From sequence record DRR723986_11243: DNA of 55,062 bases; one strand, 5' to 3'. Below are positions 28,217 through 36,257 of this stretch, one piece after another. Made by a program: the position numbers and the translations under genes. Below the pieces are notes generated by a model. The model was given only the letters and a program-made list of their open reading frames with translations. It did no database searches and was not told the DNA's origin. The stretch's first letter is position 1, and every line of letters starts with the position of its first letter.

Positions 28217-28888
28217 ATGAAAAGATTCATTTTACTGCTTTTTATACTTTCTCTTTGTGCTCAAACTGGCCTCAGTCAGAATGATTCTATCATCAATTCA
28301 TTAGATACCGTTCAACAAGAAAAAGCTTACGAGCATATTCCCAAACGATCAGCTCTATGGGCTCTTGCCCCTGGAATGGGTCAACTTTATAATGAAATTG
28401 GATATCGCAAATATGCAGGAAAGAAAAATCGAGCTTGGTGGAAAATCCCTATTGTTTGGGGTGGCTTAGGGGCTTGCGGTTATTATTGGTATGATAATTT
28501 TTCGAATGCAAGACTGTTAAAAGCGGAAATTTTACACCGCCGTGATTCAAATAATACCCCAGTAGGAAACCCTGATTTCGCCGGCTATTCGAGTGAAAGT
28601 GAATTGATCAATGGATATACCGACTCCTTGGGTGTTTATCAAAAAGGATTTGATCTCAGAGCGAAACGAAGAGATATATTTTTATTCGCGACTATTGGTG
28701 TGTTCGCCTTACAAATGATTGAGGCCTTTGTAGACGGTCATTTTGTGAGTTTTGACGTGAGTGAGGATCTCAGTATGAGTTGGTATCCCAAAACTTTTGA
28801 CAGAAACTCAATAGGGGTAGGACTTAATTTCAATTTTAAAGCCCCATCTAATTCATTAGCTCAAAAGCCCTTAAGGACATTATTCTAA
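28217..28888 (+). CDS. DUF5683 domain protein
   Basis: P.RSALWA..PGMGQLYN...WWKIPIV, IEAFVDGH..FDVSEDLS; usual position after parB. Confidence 0.85.
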   Translation: MKRFILLLFILSLCAQTGLSQNDSIINSLDTVQQEKAYEHIPKRSALWALAPGMGQLYNEIGYRKYAGKKNRAWWKIPIVWGGLGACGYYWYDNFSNARLLKAEILHRRDSNNTPVGNPDFAGYSSESELINGYTDSLGVYQKGFDLRAKRRDIFLFATIGVFALQMIEAFVDGHFVSFDVSEDLSMSWYPKTFDRNSIGVGLNFNFKAPSNSLAQKPLRTLF

Positions 28889-28889
28889 A

Positions 28890-29321
28890 CTACTTCGCGT
28901 TTTTCAAGCATTTACGCACTTTTCTGTTGTGCGCTTCACGTTCGTCAGGTGTGGTGTTTGGAGTTGTAAGCATTGTTTTGCAGTGCATATCAATCGTATC
29001 CATTCTAGCCAAAATCGCGTCATAGTCGGCATCATCACCAGCTTTCTCAAGAACAGTATTGATAGAGTCATTCTTTACAACACAATCACAAAAATCCCAT
29101 TGTTCACCGTATTTTGCTTCAATGATGTTGGTCGTTTCTAACTCTTCATCTACATAACCAGAGTCATCCATGAATAAAGTTGAATCTATTAAAGTTGTAT
29201 CTACTAAGGTGTCTAAATTAAGTGTGTCTGAGTCTACAGTTTCACCTCCATCACCTTCACCACTGCACGAAGTGAACAAAGAAAAAATCCCGACTAAAGA
29301 CAAATAGATAACTTTTTTCAT
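28890..29321 (-). CDS. Hypothetical lipoprotein with acidic D-T/S linker and Cys-containing helical domain
   Basis: Lipobox FTSC; WDFCDCV...HCK...KCL. Confidence 0.8.
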   Translation of the reverse strand: MKKVIYLSLVGIFSLFTSCSGEGDGGETVDSDTLNLDTLVDTTLIDSTLFMDDSGYVDEELETTNIIEAKYGEQWDFCDCVVKNDSINTVLEKAGDDADYDAILARMDTIDMHCKTMLTTPNTTPDEREAHNRKVRKCLKNAK

Positions 29322-29419
29322 GCTTTTAAAATTGTTTTGATAAGACCAAAATACAACAATTAAAGAAAAATTTCGTATATTTTGGTATAGAAGTTGATTC
29401 TAGTATTGAAACATCTGAT

Positions 29420-30121
29420 ATGAAAAAGTATAGTTTAATCATAGCGTTATTTTGTTTTGCCAGTTCTTATGGGCAAATTATTATTCCCAGTGATCATCCT
29501 GACAGCTTAAAAATGTATGAATCGGTTCCTGTTCCAATCTATAGCAAGAACTATATGAATCAGTACAATAGGTTTAAGCGAATTATTGTTAAAGTTTATC
29601 CTTATGCATTGTATGCCTCTGATGTCTTATATCAGTTAGAGGAAGACAGTGAGGAAATCAATAAAAAAAGAAAAAAGAAGAAATTCTATAAGCAAGCTTA
29701 CAAAGGATTGAAAGATGATTTTAAGTACGTGATGCTTGATTTATATACTTCTGAAGGTAAAATGTTGATGAAATTGGTGCACCGCGAAACAGGAATGTCA
29801 GTTTATCAAATTGCCGAGAAGTATCGTGGTAAAAAAAGTGCAACCATTTTCAATGCCATGGGAAAAATTTGGGATCAAGACGTGAAGATTACTTTCGATC
29901 CATTAGGTGAGGACAAAATTGCAGAGCATGTTATCCAGGATATTGAATCTGGGATTATTGCATTTGATGATAAAGTGGTAACAGTTGATAAAGAATTGTA
30001 CAAAGAAAACCAGAGAGCATACAAAAAACGAATTAAAGAAAACAAGAAGCGTCAGAAGTACAACAAAAAGGTCTGCAAGCAAAAGAAAAAGGCCAAGTAC
30101 AAACTGAACGAGCCTCAATAA
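29420..30121 (+). CDS. DUF4294 domain protein
   Basis: KVYPYA, L..SEGKMLMKLVHRETG.S.Y, FDP.GED..AE. Confidence 0.82.
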   Translation: MKKYSLIIALFCFASSYGQIIIPSDHPDSLKMYESVPVPIYSKNYMNQYNRFKRIIVKVYPYALYASDVLYQLEEDSEEINKKRKKKKFYKQAYKGLKDDFKYVMLDLYTSEGKMLMKLVHRETGMSVYQIAEKYRGKKSATIFNAMGKIWDQDVKITFDPLGEDKIAEHVIQDIESGIIAFDDKVVTVDKELYKENQRAYKKRIKENKKRQKYNKKVCKQKKKAKYKLNEPQ

Positions 30122-30129
30122 TCCTTTTC

Positions 30130-30927
30130 TTAATCAGCAATTTTATCGAATGATTTAACGATTCCTTTTATCAATGAGGAAGAAAATCCGTTGTGCTCCA
30201 TTTCATTTAATCCAGTTATAGTACAGCCCTTTGGAGTAGTGACTTTATCAATTTCAAATTCTGGATGTTTACCATTTTCCAATAACAATTGAGAAGCCCC
30301 TTTTACAGTTTGGTTAACAATAGCTGCGGCAGTTCTAGCATCAAAACCAATTTGAATACCCCCTTGAACCATGGCGCGCATGAATCTGAGTACAAACGCG
30401 ATTCCGCAGGCGCCTAATACCGTTGCAGCCTCCATCAAATTTTCATCTATTCGAATCGTAGTTCCTACTTCGTTGAATAAAGCATCAACCAACTGATAAT
30501 CTTCTTTTGAGATTTCATTCGCACAAATACAGGTTAATGATTCCTCTACCGTAGCCGCCGTATTTGGCATTGCTCTTAAAATAGATGTTTCAGTTCCCAA
30601 TACAGCTTCAATTTCTGCAATTGTTATCCCCGTAGCAGTAGATACAATAATGTGCTCTTCAGTATTAATTGCGCTTTTTATCTCTTCGCAAATAGCAATT
30701 ATATTATAGGGTTTTACAGCCAAAACTATGACTTTAGACTGCTGAACTGCAGCAATATTATCTGAGGTTACTTCTACACCTTTTGCACTCAGATGTTGAA
30801 TTTTACTGATGTTTCTTCTGGTTGCAATAATTTCATTGGCTTGTATTACTTCAGAATTAAGTAAGCCTCCAATAATTGAAAGACCTAGATTGCCGCAACC
30901 TATAATAGCTACTGATGATGGGCTCAT
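30130..30927 (-). CDS. proC: Pyrroline-5-carboxylate reductase
   Basis: IIGCGNLG, LAVKP, RAMPNT, VTTPKGCTI.GL; TACATTTG promoter at 30943-30950 (minus strand). Confidence 0.95.
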   Translation of the reverse strand: MSPSSVAIIGCGNLGLSIIGGLLNSEVIQANEIIATRRNISKIQHLSAKGVEVTSDNIAAVQQSKVIVLAVKPYNIIAICEEIKSAINTEEHIIVSTATGITIAEIEAVLGTETSILRAMPNTAATVEESLTCICANEISKEDYQLVDALFNEVGTTIRIDENLMEAATVLGACGIAFVLRFMRAMVQGGIQIGFDARTAAAIVNQTVKGASQLLLENGKHPEFEIDKVTTPKGCTITGLNEMEHNGFSSSLIKGIVKSFDKIAD

Positions 30928-30990
30928 TACTTTTTTTTAAAGCAAATGTAGCAATGATTTTTTGTCAAACTGACTCCATCCTTAAAAGGA

Positions 30991-31419
30991 TTACTTTTTC
31001 AGTAATTCGTTGATGATCTTTTGATAAGCTTGTTCTGAGCCGTAAATTCTGTAATTGCTTGGGTTGGCATAGGCCAAGAAGTAAACTTCAATGAGAGAAT
31101 AATCTTCTTTTGGGAAAATTTGAGCATGGACTGAATAAGTTCCATAGACCCAATAAGGTTTACTAGTTTCGGGAACAGTGAGTCGGTTTTCAGTACGATC
31201 TACCTGTGCGGCTTCGTAAGTGTGTAATTTCGCCAATTCATTAAAAAACAATTGCGGATTACCAGAGAACTTGATGTATAATGCTGGTCCTTCTAAAATG
31301 GATTCACCACCTTCAAACACCAATACAGAATCCAAAGGTCCATTTTCAATTAACTCCTTCTTTGTTTGACTGTAAGCAGAGAAACTGAATAAAAAAAGTA
31401 CCAAAAGACTTAATTTCAT
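30991..31419 (-). CDS. Secreted hypothetical protein
   Basis: Signal peptide MKLSLLVLFLFSFSAYSQ; start refined (GTG 31467 is an alternative). Confidence 0.7.
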   Translation of the reverse strand: MKLSLLVLFLFSFSAYSQTKKELIENGPLDSVLVFEGGESILEGPALYIKFSGNPQLFFNELAKLHTYEAAQVDRTENRLTVPETSKPYWVYGTYSVHAQIFPKEDYSLIEVYFLAYANPSNYRIYGSEQAYQKIINELLKK

Positions 31420-31471
31420 GATTGTTTTTGGAGTAACACCTACAATTTTAGAACCAATTTTTTTCACTTCG

Positions 31472-31915
31472 TTACATTCTTTTTTTCACGGCAGCATGGA
31501 GTTCTTCATTTGAGCTGCATCCAATTCTGAAATTTTTGCGATCTGTTTTGTATTCAATTTCAAGGGCTTCATAGCCGGCTATATTCCATAACCATCCATG
31601 AGGTGTTAGCCGAATCCCCCAGCCATACCAAAACGAATTCTTTACTTTTTTTATGGATTTAATCTCATCTAGCAAAATCGTTTTTTTAATCAAGCCAATC
31701 CCAAACTTCACTACAATTCTGTCTTGAGATACTGTTGTTTCTAACTTTCCGAAAAGTAATATCAATAGAATGAAAAAAGGAATCATGATATAAATTGCTG
31801 GAAGCGCAGTGGGGTCAACTTCTGATAAAGAGACCAAAAAAGCACTAAGTCCAATGATTACGACAACACAAATGCCGATAATTACCCATCCGATTTGACT
31901 TGTTTTATAATCCAT
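31472..31915 (-). CDS. Two-TM membrane protein with bacterial PH-like domain
   Basis: Two TM helices, then I.L.EI.S...., GWGIR, WNI.G; TAATG-coupled to uvrA. Confidence 0.75.
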   Translation of the reverse strand: MDYKTSQIGWVIIGICVVVIIGLSAFLVSLSEVDPTALPAIYIMIPFFILLILLFGKLETTVSQDRIVVKFGIGLIKKTILLDEIKSIKKVKNSFWYGWGIRLTPHGWLWNIAGYEALEIEYKTDRKNFRIGCSSNEELHAAVKKRM

Positions 31916-34695
31916 TATTTTAATTTTTCAGCAAGGTGAGGAGCTGTATATGATTTTTTATTTTTCATGAGATCTTCGGGAGATCCTTCTGCAACAATAT
32001 GTCCGCCATTTTTACCTCCTTCTGGACCAATATCAATAATCCAATCTGCACATTTTAGCACGTCCATATTGTGTTCGATAACGAGAATACTATGGCCTAA
32101 TTTAATGAGCTCTTGAAAGGCAATAATCAATTTATCAATGTCATGAAAATGCAAGCCAGTAGTTGGTTCATCAAAAATAAAAAGGATAGGGGTCTGCTTT
32201 TTCTGTCCTTGGTTGAGGAATGAAGCGAGTTTAACCCTTTGTGCCTCACCGCCACTCATGGTGCTCGAAGATTGTCCTAAGGTCAAATAACCTAATCCTA
32301 AATCATACAATGGCTGAATTCGTTCAACTATTCTGGCTTCAGGACCTGCAGGAGCTTTGAAAAAATCAATCGCCTCTTCAATAGATAAACTCAAGATATC
32401 CGAAATAGTTTTGCCTTTGTATTCAACCTCTAAGGCCTCTTGCGAATAACGCTTCCCTTTACATTCTTCACACTCTAGTTTAACATCTGCCATGAATTGC
32501 ATAGAGATGGTAATTTCACCTTCCCCTTTGCAGTTTTCACATCTACCTCCTGGAACATTGTAAGAGAAAAAACCTGGCTTATAACCACGCATTTTAGAGA
32601 GCTGCTGTTTAGAAAGCAAATCTCTGATATAATCAAATGCCTTTACATAAGTAGCCGGGTTTGAACGTGAAGATCTTCCTATCGGATTTTGATCAACCAT
32701 TTCCACTTCTTCAAACCGTTTCACATCTCCTTCAATGCCATCAAATTCTCCTATTTTATTACTCGATTTACCCAGATGTTTTAAAAGGGCAGGATAGAGG
32801 ATTTGCTTAACAATTGTCGATTTTCCTGAACCTGATACCCCTGAAATACAAACCAAGCCATTCAATGGAATTTCAAGTGTAATGTTTTTCAAATTGTTTT
32901 CTCGCATTCCCGACAGCTTAATTTTACTGTTCAGTTTTCTTCTTTTTGAAGGAACGGGAATGGCAATTTTTTCGGTCAAGTATTCAGCCGTTAAGCTATT
33001 TTTAGCCTTGAGCAAATCTTTATGCTTTCCTTGAAATACAATTTCACCACCAAATTTACCTGCTTTTGGGCCTATATCTATTATTTGGTCGGCAGCACGC
33101 ATCACATCTTCTTCATGTTCAACAACAATTACTGTATTTCCAACTTCTTTGAGTCGATTCAATACACCAATCAATCTTTCCGTATCTCTCGGATGCAAAC
33201 CAATACTCGGTTCATCTAGTATATACATTGATCCTACCAATGCAGAACCTAATGAAGTGGCCAAATTAATACGTTGTGACTCTCCGCCTGAAAGCGTAGC
33301 AGATTGACGATTTAAAGTGAGATAACCTAAACCAACTTCGCACAAGTAGTTCAATCTGTTGGTAATTTCAAGTAATAATCTTTCAGCAATTTCTTTCTGG
33401 TATTTATCGAGTTTTATTTCTTGAAAAGCCACTTTAAGTTCATCAACTGGCAATAAAATTAAATCAGCAAGATTGTACTTGTCAATTCTAACATTGTTCG
33501 TTTCTTTTCTCAATCGGGTTCCACGACAATCATGGCATAATGTTTTACCTCTATACCGAGACAACATAATGCGGTAATGAATTTTATAGGATTTGGATTG
33601 CAGATAATCAAAGAATTCAAATAGTCCTTTGATGTTGGCATCTCCATTCCAAAGAATGTTTTTTTCTTTTTCAGAAAGTTCTGAAATAGGTCTGTGTATA
33701 GGAAAATCAGATTTAGCAGCATTAGCAATAAAGTGGTGCTTCCATTCGCTCATTTTTTCACCCTTCCAGGGTACTATGGCGTCTTCATAAATACTTTTGG
33801 TTTTATCTGGAATCACTAAATTGGGATCAATGCCGATTGTAGATCCGTAGCCTTCACAGGTGTCACAAGCTCCGTAAGGATTGTTGAAACTGAAGAAATT
33901 AATAGACGGTTCTATAAATACTTCTCCGTCCAATTCAAACCTGGACGAAAATTCTGCAAATGACTCGTCTTTTAATCGATAAATGACACTATCACCGAAT
34001 CCTTCATAAAAAGCGGTTTGAATAGAATCTCCGATTCGAGAAAAATAATCCTCATCATTTTGATGGCTCAAACGGTCAATGATGATAAAACTCTCATCTT
34101 TCTTATACAGCTTTGGGTCAAAATCAGTTAAATCATAGGTTTCTCCTTTGATAAAAACCTTGGTGAATCCTTGTGAACTGAGCATTTCAGCAGCTTTGTC
34201 GGTAGCTTTCTTTTCTTTTAACCGCCATGGCGCCAATACCATATAACGCTCGCCTTCATCAAATTCCTTAATTAAATTGATGACATCAGTGACACTGTGT
34301 TTCTTTACTTCTTCGCCTGAAATCGGTGAATAGGTCTTTCCAATTCTAGCGAACAATACTTTTAAATAATCATAGATTTCGGTAACCGTACCAACAGTTG
34401 ACCGCGGATTGTTGGATATCACCTTTTGCTCAATGGCAATTGCAGGTGAGATACCCTTGATATAATCTACGTCTGGTTTGTCTAATCTGCCTAAGAATTG
34501 TCTTGCGTAAGATGATAAACTTTCTACATATCGTCTTTGACCTTCTGCAAACAAGGTGTCGAAAGCAAGTGAACTTTTACCCGATCCAGATAAACCTGTA
34601 ATGACAACGAATTCATTGTGAGGAATAGTCACATCCACGTTTTTAAGATTGTGTACGCGGGCACCTTTGATTTCAATTACTTTCTTGTTTGACAT
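31915..34695 (-). CDS. uvrA: Excinuclease ABC subunit A
   Basis: GARVHNLKN, GLSGSGKSS, EGQRRYVESLS, two ABC signatures (LSGGESQR, MSGGEAQR), zinc-finger CxxC pairs. Confidence 0.97.
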   Translation of the reverse strand: MSNKKVIEIKGARVHNLKNVDVTIPHNEFVVITGLSGSGKSSLAFDTLFAEGQRRYVESLSSYARQFLGRLDKPDVDYIKGISPAIAIEQKVISNNPRSTVGTVTEIYDYLKVLFARIGKTYSPISGEEVKKHSVTDVINLIKEFDEGERYMVLAPWRLKEKKATDKAAEMLSSQGFTKVFIKGETYDLTDFDPKLYKKDESFIIIDRLSHQNDEDYFSRIGDSIQTAFYEGFGDSVIYRLKDESFAEFSSRFELDGEVFIEPSINFFSFNNPYGACDTCEGYGSTIGIDPNLVIPDKTKSIYEDAIVPWKGEKMSEWKHHFIANAAKSDFPIHRPISELSEKEKNILWNGDANIKGLFEFFDYLQSKSYKIHYRIMLSRYRGKTLCHDCRGTRLRKETNNVRIDKYNLADLILLPVDELKVAFQEIKLDKYQKEIAERLLLEITNRLNYLCEVGLGYLTLNRQSATLSGGESQRINLATSLGSALVGSMYILDEPSIGLHPRDTERLIGVLNRLKEVGNTVIVVEHEEDVMRAADQIIDIGPKAGKFGGEIVFQGKHKDLLKAKNSLTAEYLTEKIAIPVPSKRRKLNSKIKLSGMRENNLKNITLEIPLNGLVCISGVSGSGKSTIVKQILYPALLKHLGKSSNKIGEFDGIEGDVKRFEEVEMVDQNPIGRSSRSNPATYVKAFDYIRDLLSKQQLSKMRGYKPGFFSYNVPGGRCENCKGEGEITISMQFMADVKLECEECKGKRYSQEALEVEYKGKTISDILSLSIEEAIDFFKAPAGPEARIVERIQPLYDLGLGYLTLGQSSSTMSGGEAQRVKLASFLNQGQKKQTPILFIFDEPTTGLHFHDIDKLIIAFQELIKLGHSILVIEHNMDVLKCADWIIDIGPEGGKNGGHIVAEGSPEDLMKNKKSYTAPHLAEKLK

Positions 34696-34923
34696 TTAAT
34701 TTGCTATTCTAACCCATAAATTTAGTCAAAATGTTAGCCAATTAAATATAGATTTTAAGATATTATTAAAAAAATATCGAATCATTTCTCTAGTGTTTTT
34801 GGGCTTTTTCGTGAAATCGGTTAAATAATTTACTGTTTTGACCCAACCTTTGCAAGATATTTTACCGTTAACTAAATCAGAAACACATTTAACACATTAA
34901 ATGGCTTCATTTTGACTAGCAAT

Positions 34924-34954
34924 TTTGCAAAGCATTATAAAAGCCTTATATTTG
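34924..34954 (+). promoter_or_regulatory. Bacteroidota housekeeping promoter of the ECF sigma gene
   Basis: TTTG-N19-TATATTTG, exact consensus. Confidence 0.75.
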
Positions 34955-34990
34955 GTGAGTTACTAAAAAATTGAAACGCCTATAGATTGA

Positions 34991-35066
34991 AATTTACTCT
35001 TTTGAATTAGAAATGAAAAATGAATCCTGATTGAGTGCTGAACTTAACAGGCTTAAAGAGTAGATT
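34991..35066 (+). promoter_or_regulatory. Structured 5' leader occluding the start region of the ECF sigma gene
   Basis: AATTTACTCTTT (34991-35002) pairs with AAAGAGTAGATT (35055-35066), enclosing hairpin CCTG-a-TTGAGT-gctga-ACTTAA-CAGG. Confidence 0.55.
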
Positions 35067-35663
35067 ATGGGAAAAGCAATTTTAACAGATCAAGAACTTA
35101 TTCGTGGTTACTTATCTGGAGACGAAAAATCATTTGAGATCTTACTGAACAGAAACAAAGACAGGGTATTTGGATATATCATATCTAAAGTACGTAACGA
35201 AAATCTTGCAAACGACATCTTTCAAGAAGTATTTATTAAAGTAATTAGAACTTTTAAGAACGGAAGTTATAACGAAGAAGGAAAATTCTTACCATGGGTG
35301 TTGACGATATCTCACAATCTAGTTGTGGATCATTTTAGAAAGGCGAAGAAGATGCAAATGGTTTCTGAGTCAAGTTCTAAAAGTGAAGAGTTCAATATTT
35401 TTTCTGTATTGAGTTTAACTGACAGTAATATTGAAGATGACATGATTAAAGATCAAATTGAATCTGATGTTGTCAGATTGGTTGAGTTTTTACCAGATGA
35501 ACAACGAGATGTTTTGAAAAACCGAATTTTTAAAGGCATGAGCTTTAAAGACATTGCTGAGCAGGATGATATCAGCATCAACACGGCGCTTGGAAGAATG
35601 CGTTACGCTTTGATCAATTTAAGAAAATTGGTAGAAAAACATGACGTGTCTATAACGGCTTAA
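35067..35663 (+). CDS. ECF RNA polymerase sigma factor
   Basis: Region 2 (DIFQEVFIKV, KFLPWVLTISHN) and region 4 (LPDEQR, SFKDIA, SINTALGRMRYA). Confidence 0.95.
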   Translation: MGKAILTDQELIRGYLSGDEKSFEILLNRNKDRVFGYIISKVRNENLANDIFQEVFIKVIRTFKNGSYNEEGKFLPWVLTISHNLVVDHFRKAKKMQMVSESSSKSEEFNIFSVLSLTDSNIEDDMIKDQIESDVVRLVEFLPDEQRDVLKNRIFKGMSFKDIAEQDDISINTALGRMRYALINLRKLVEKHDVSITA

Positions 35664-35686
35664 GCCCCATAAAACATAATCTTTAT

Positions 35687-35720
35687 AAAACTTCTTTCAT
35701 TTTTGAGAGAAGTTTTTTTT
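35687..35720 (+). terminator. Intrinsic terminator
   Basis: aaaacttctttca...tgagagaagtttttttt. Confidence 0.75.
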
Positions 35721-35791
35721 ATGTGCATACAATATGTTGAACATCATGGCGTTTACTTATCAAACATAAACCTAAAAACGAGATATTGCCT

Positions 35792-35941
35792 ATGCAAAAA
35801 ATCTACATTGATGACGTAAAAACTTCTGAATTAAAGACAAAATCGCCGAGTAAACAAACACTCAACAACATCTTGGCATTTTCAAAGTCACTTGAAGTAT
35901 TAAAGTCGAAAAAAAAGAATGTTGAGTTAAACTTAAATTAA
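35792..35941 (+). CDS. 49-aa small protein MQKIYIDDVKTSELKTKSPSKQTLNNILAFSKSLEVLKSKKKNVELNLN (not in ORF track)
   Basis: Translated by hand; lies between two terminators with its own promoter-like CAAT-N16-CGTTT (35730-35754). Confidence 0.75.
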   Translation: MQKIYIDDVKTSELKTKSPSKQTLNNILAFSKSLEVLKSKKKNVELNLN

Positions 35942-35945
35942 TTAC

Positions 35946-35978
35946 ATCCCCTCTAGATTTTTCTAAGAGGGGATTTTT
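35946..35978. terminator. Intrinsic terminator (likely bidirectional)
   Basis: atcccctctaga-tttt-tctaagaggggat followed by a T run. Confidence 0.8.
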
Positions 35979-35981
35979 ATT

Positions 35982-36257
35982 TTAATACACTTGCTCAATC
36001 TCTATTTCACTTTCGAGTGAACCTCTATTAAAATCTGATATTTTTTCTTTGAATAACTCCGCTTCTGAAGGGAAGTCTCTTTCTAAACTCTTCCAGTTTC
36101 TTAATATGATTTCAAACGGCAAATCAATTTCTACAAGAGTTAGATGCTTTCCAAAACTATCCCAATTCATTCCGTAGTCATCCGCAAATCCGAATGCAGT
36201 TTTTAGTTTGAGCTGTAATTCTTGACTACTGTTAATATTTCCAAGGTCAATTATCAT
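35982..36257 (-). CDS. Barstar family protein
   Basis: IDLGNI.S..EL...LK..FGF.D.YGMNWDS, I.L.NW. Confidence 0.8.
   Translation of the reverse strand: MIIDLGNINSSQELQLKLKTAFGFADDYGMNWDSFGKHLTLVEIDLPFEIILRNWKSLERDFPSEAELFKEKISDFNRGSLESEIEIEQVY

Noticed and set aside
26280-28888. parS site or oriC near parAB
   Set aside because: I found no TGTTTCACGTGAAACA-like palindrome by eye and no dnaA or dense DnaA-box array; parA-parB-DUF5683 is the ordinary Bacteroidota arrangement.
34300-34350. UvrA lacks the first CxxC pair (YSPISG)
   Set aside because: Loss of this zinc site is a known variation among UvrA proteins; all ATPase motifs are intact, so it is not a pseudogene.
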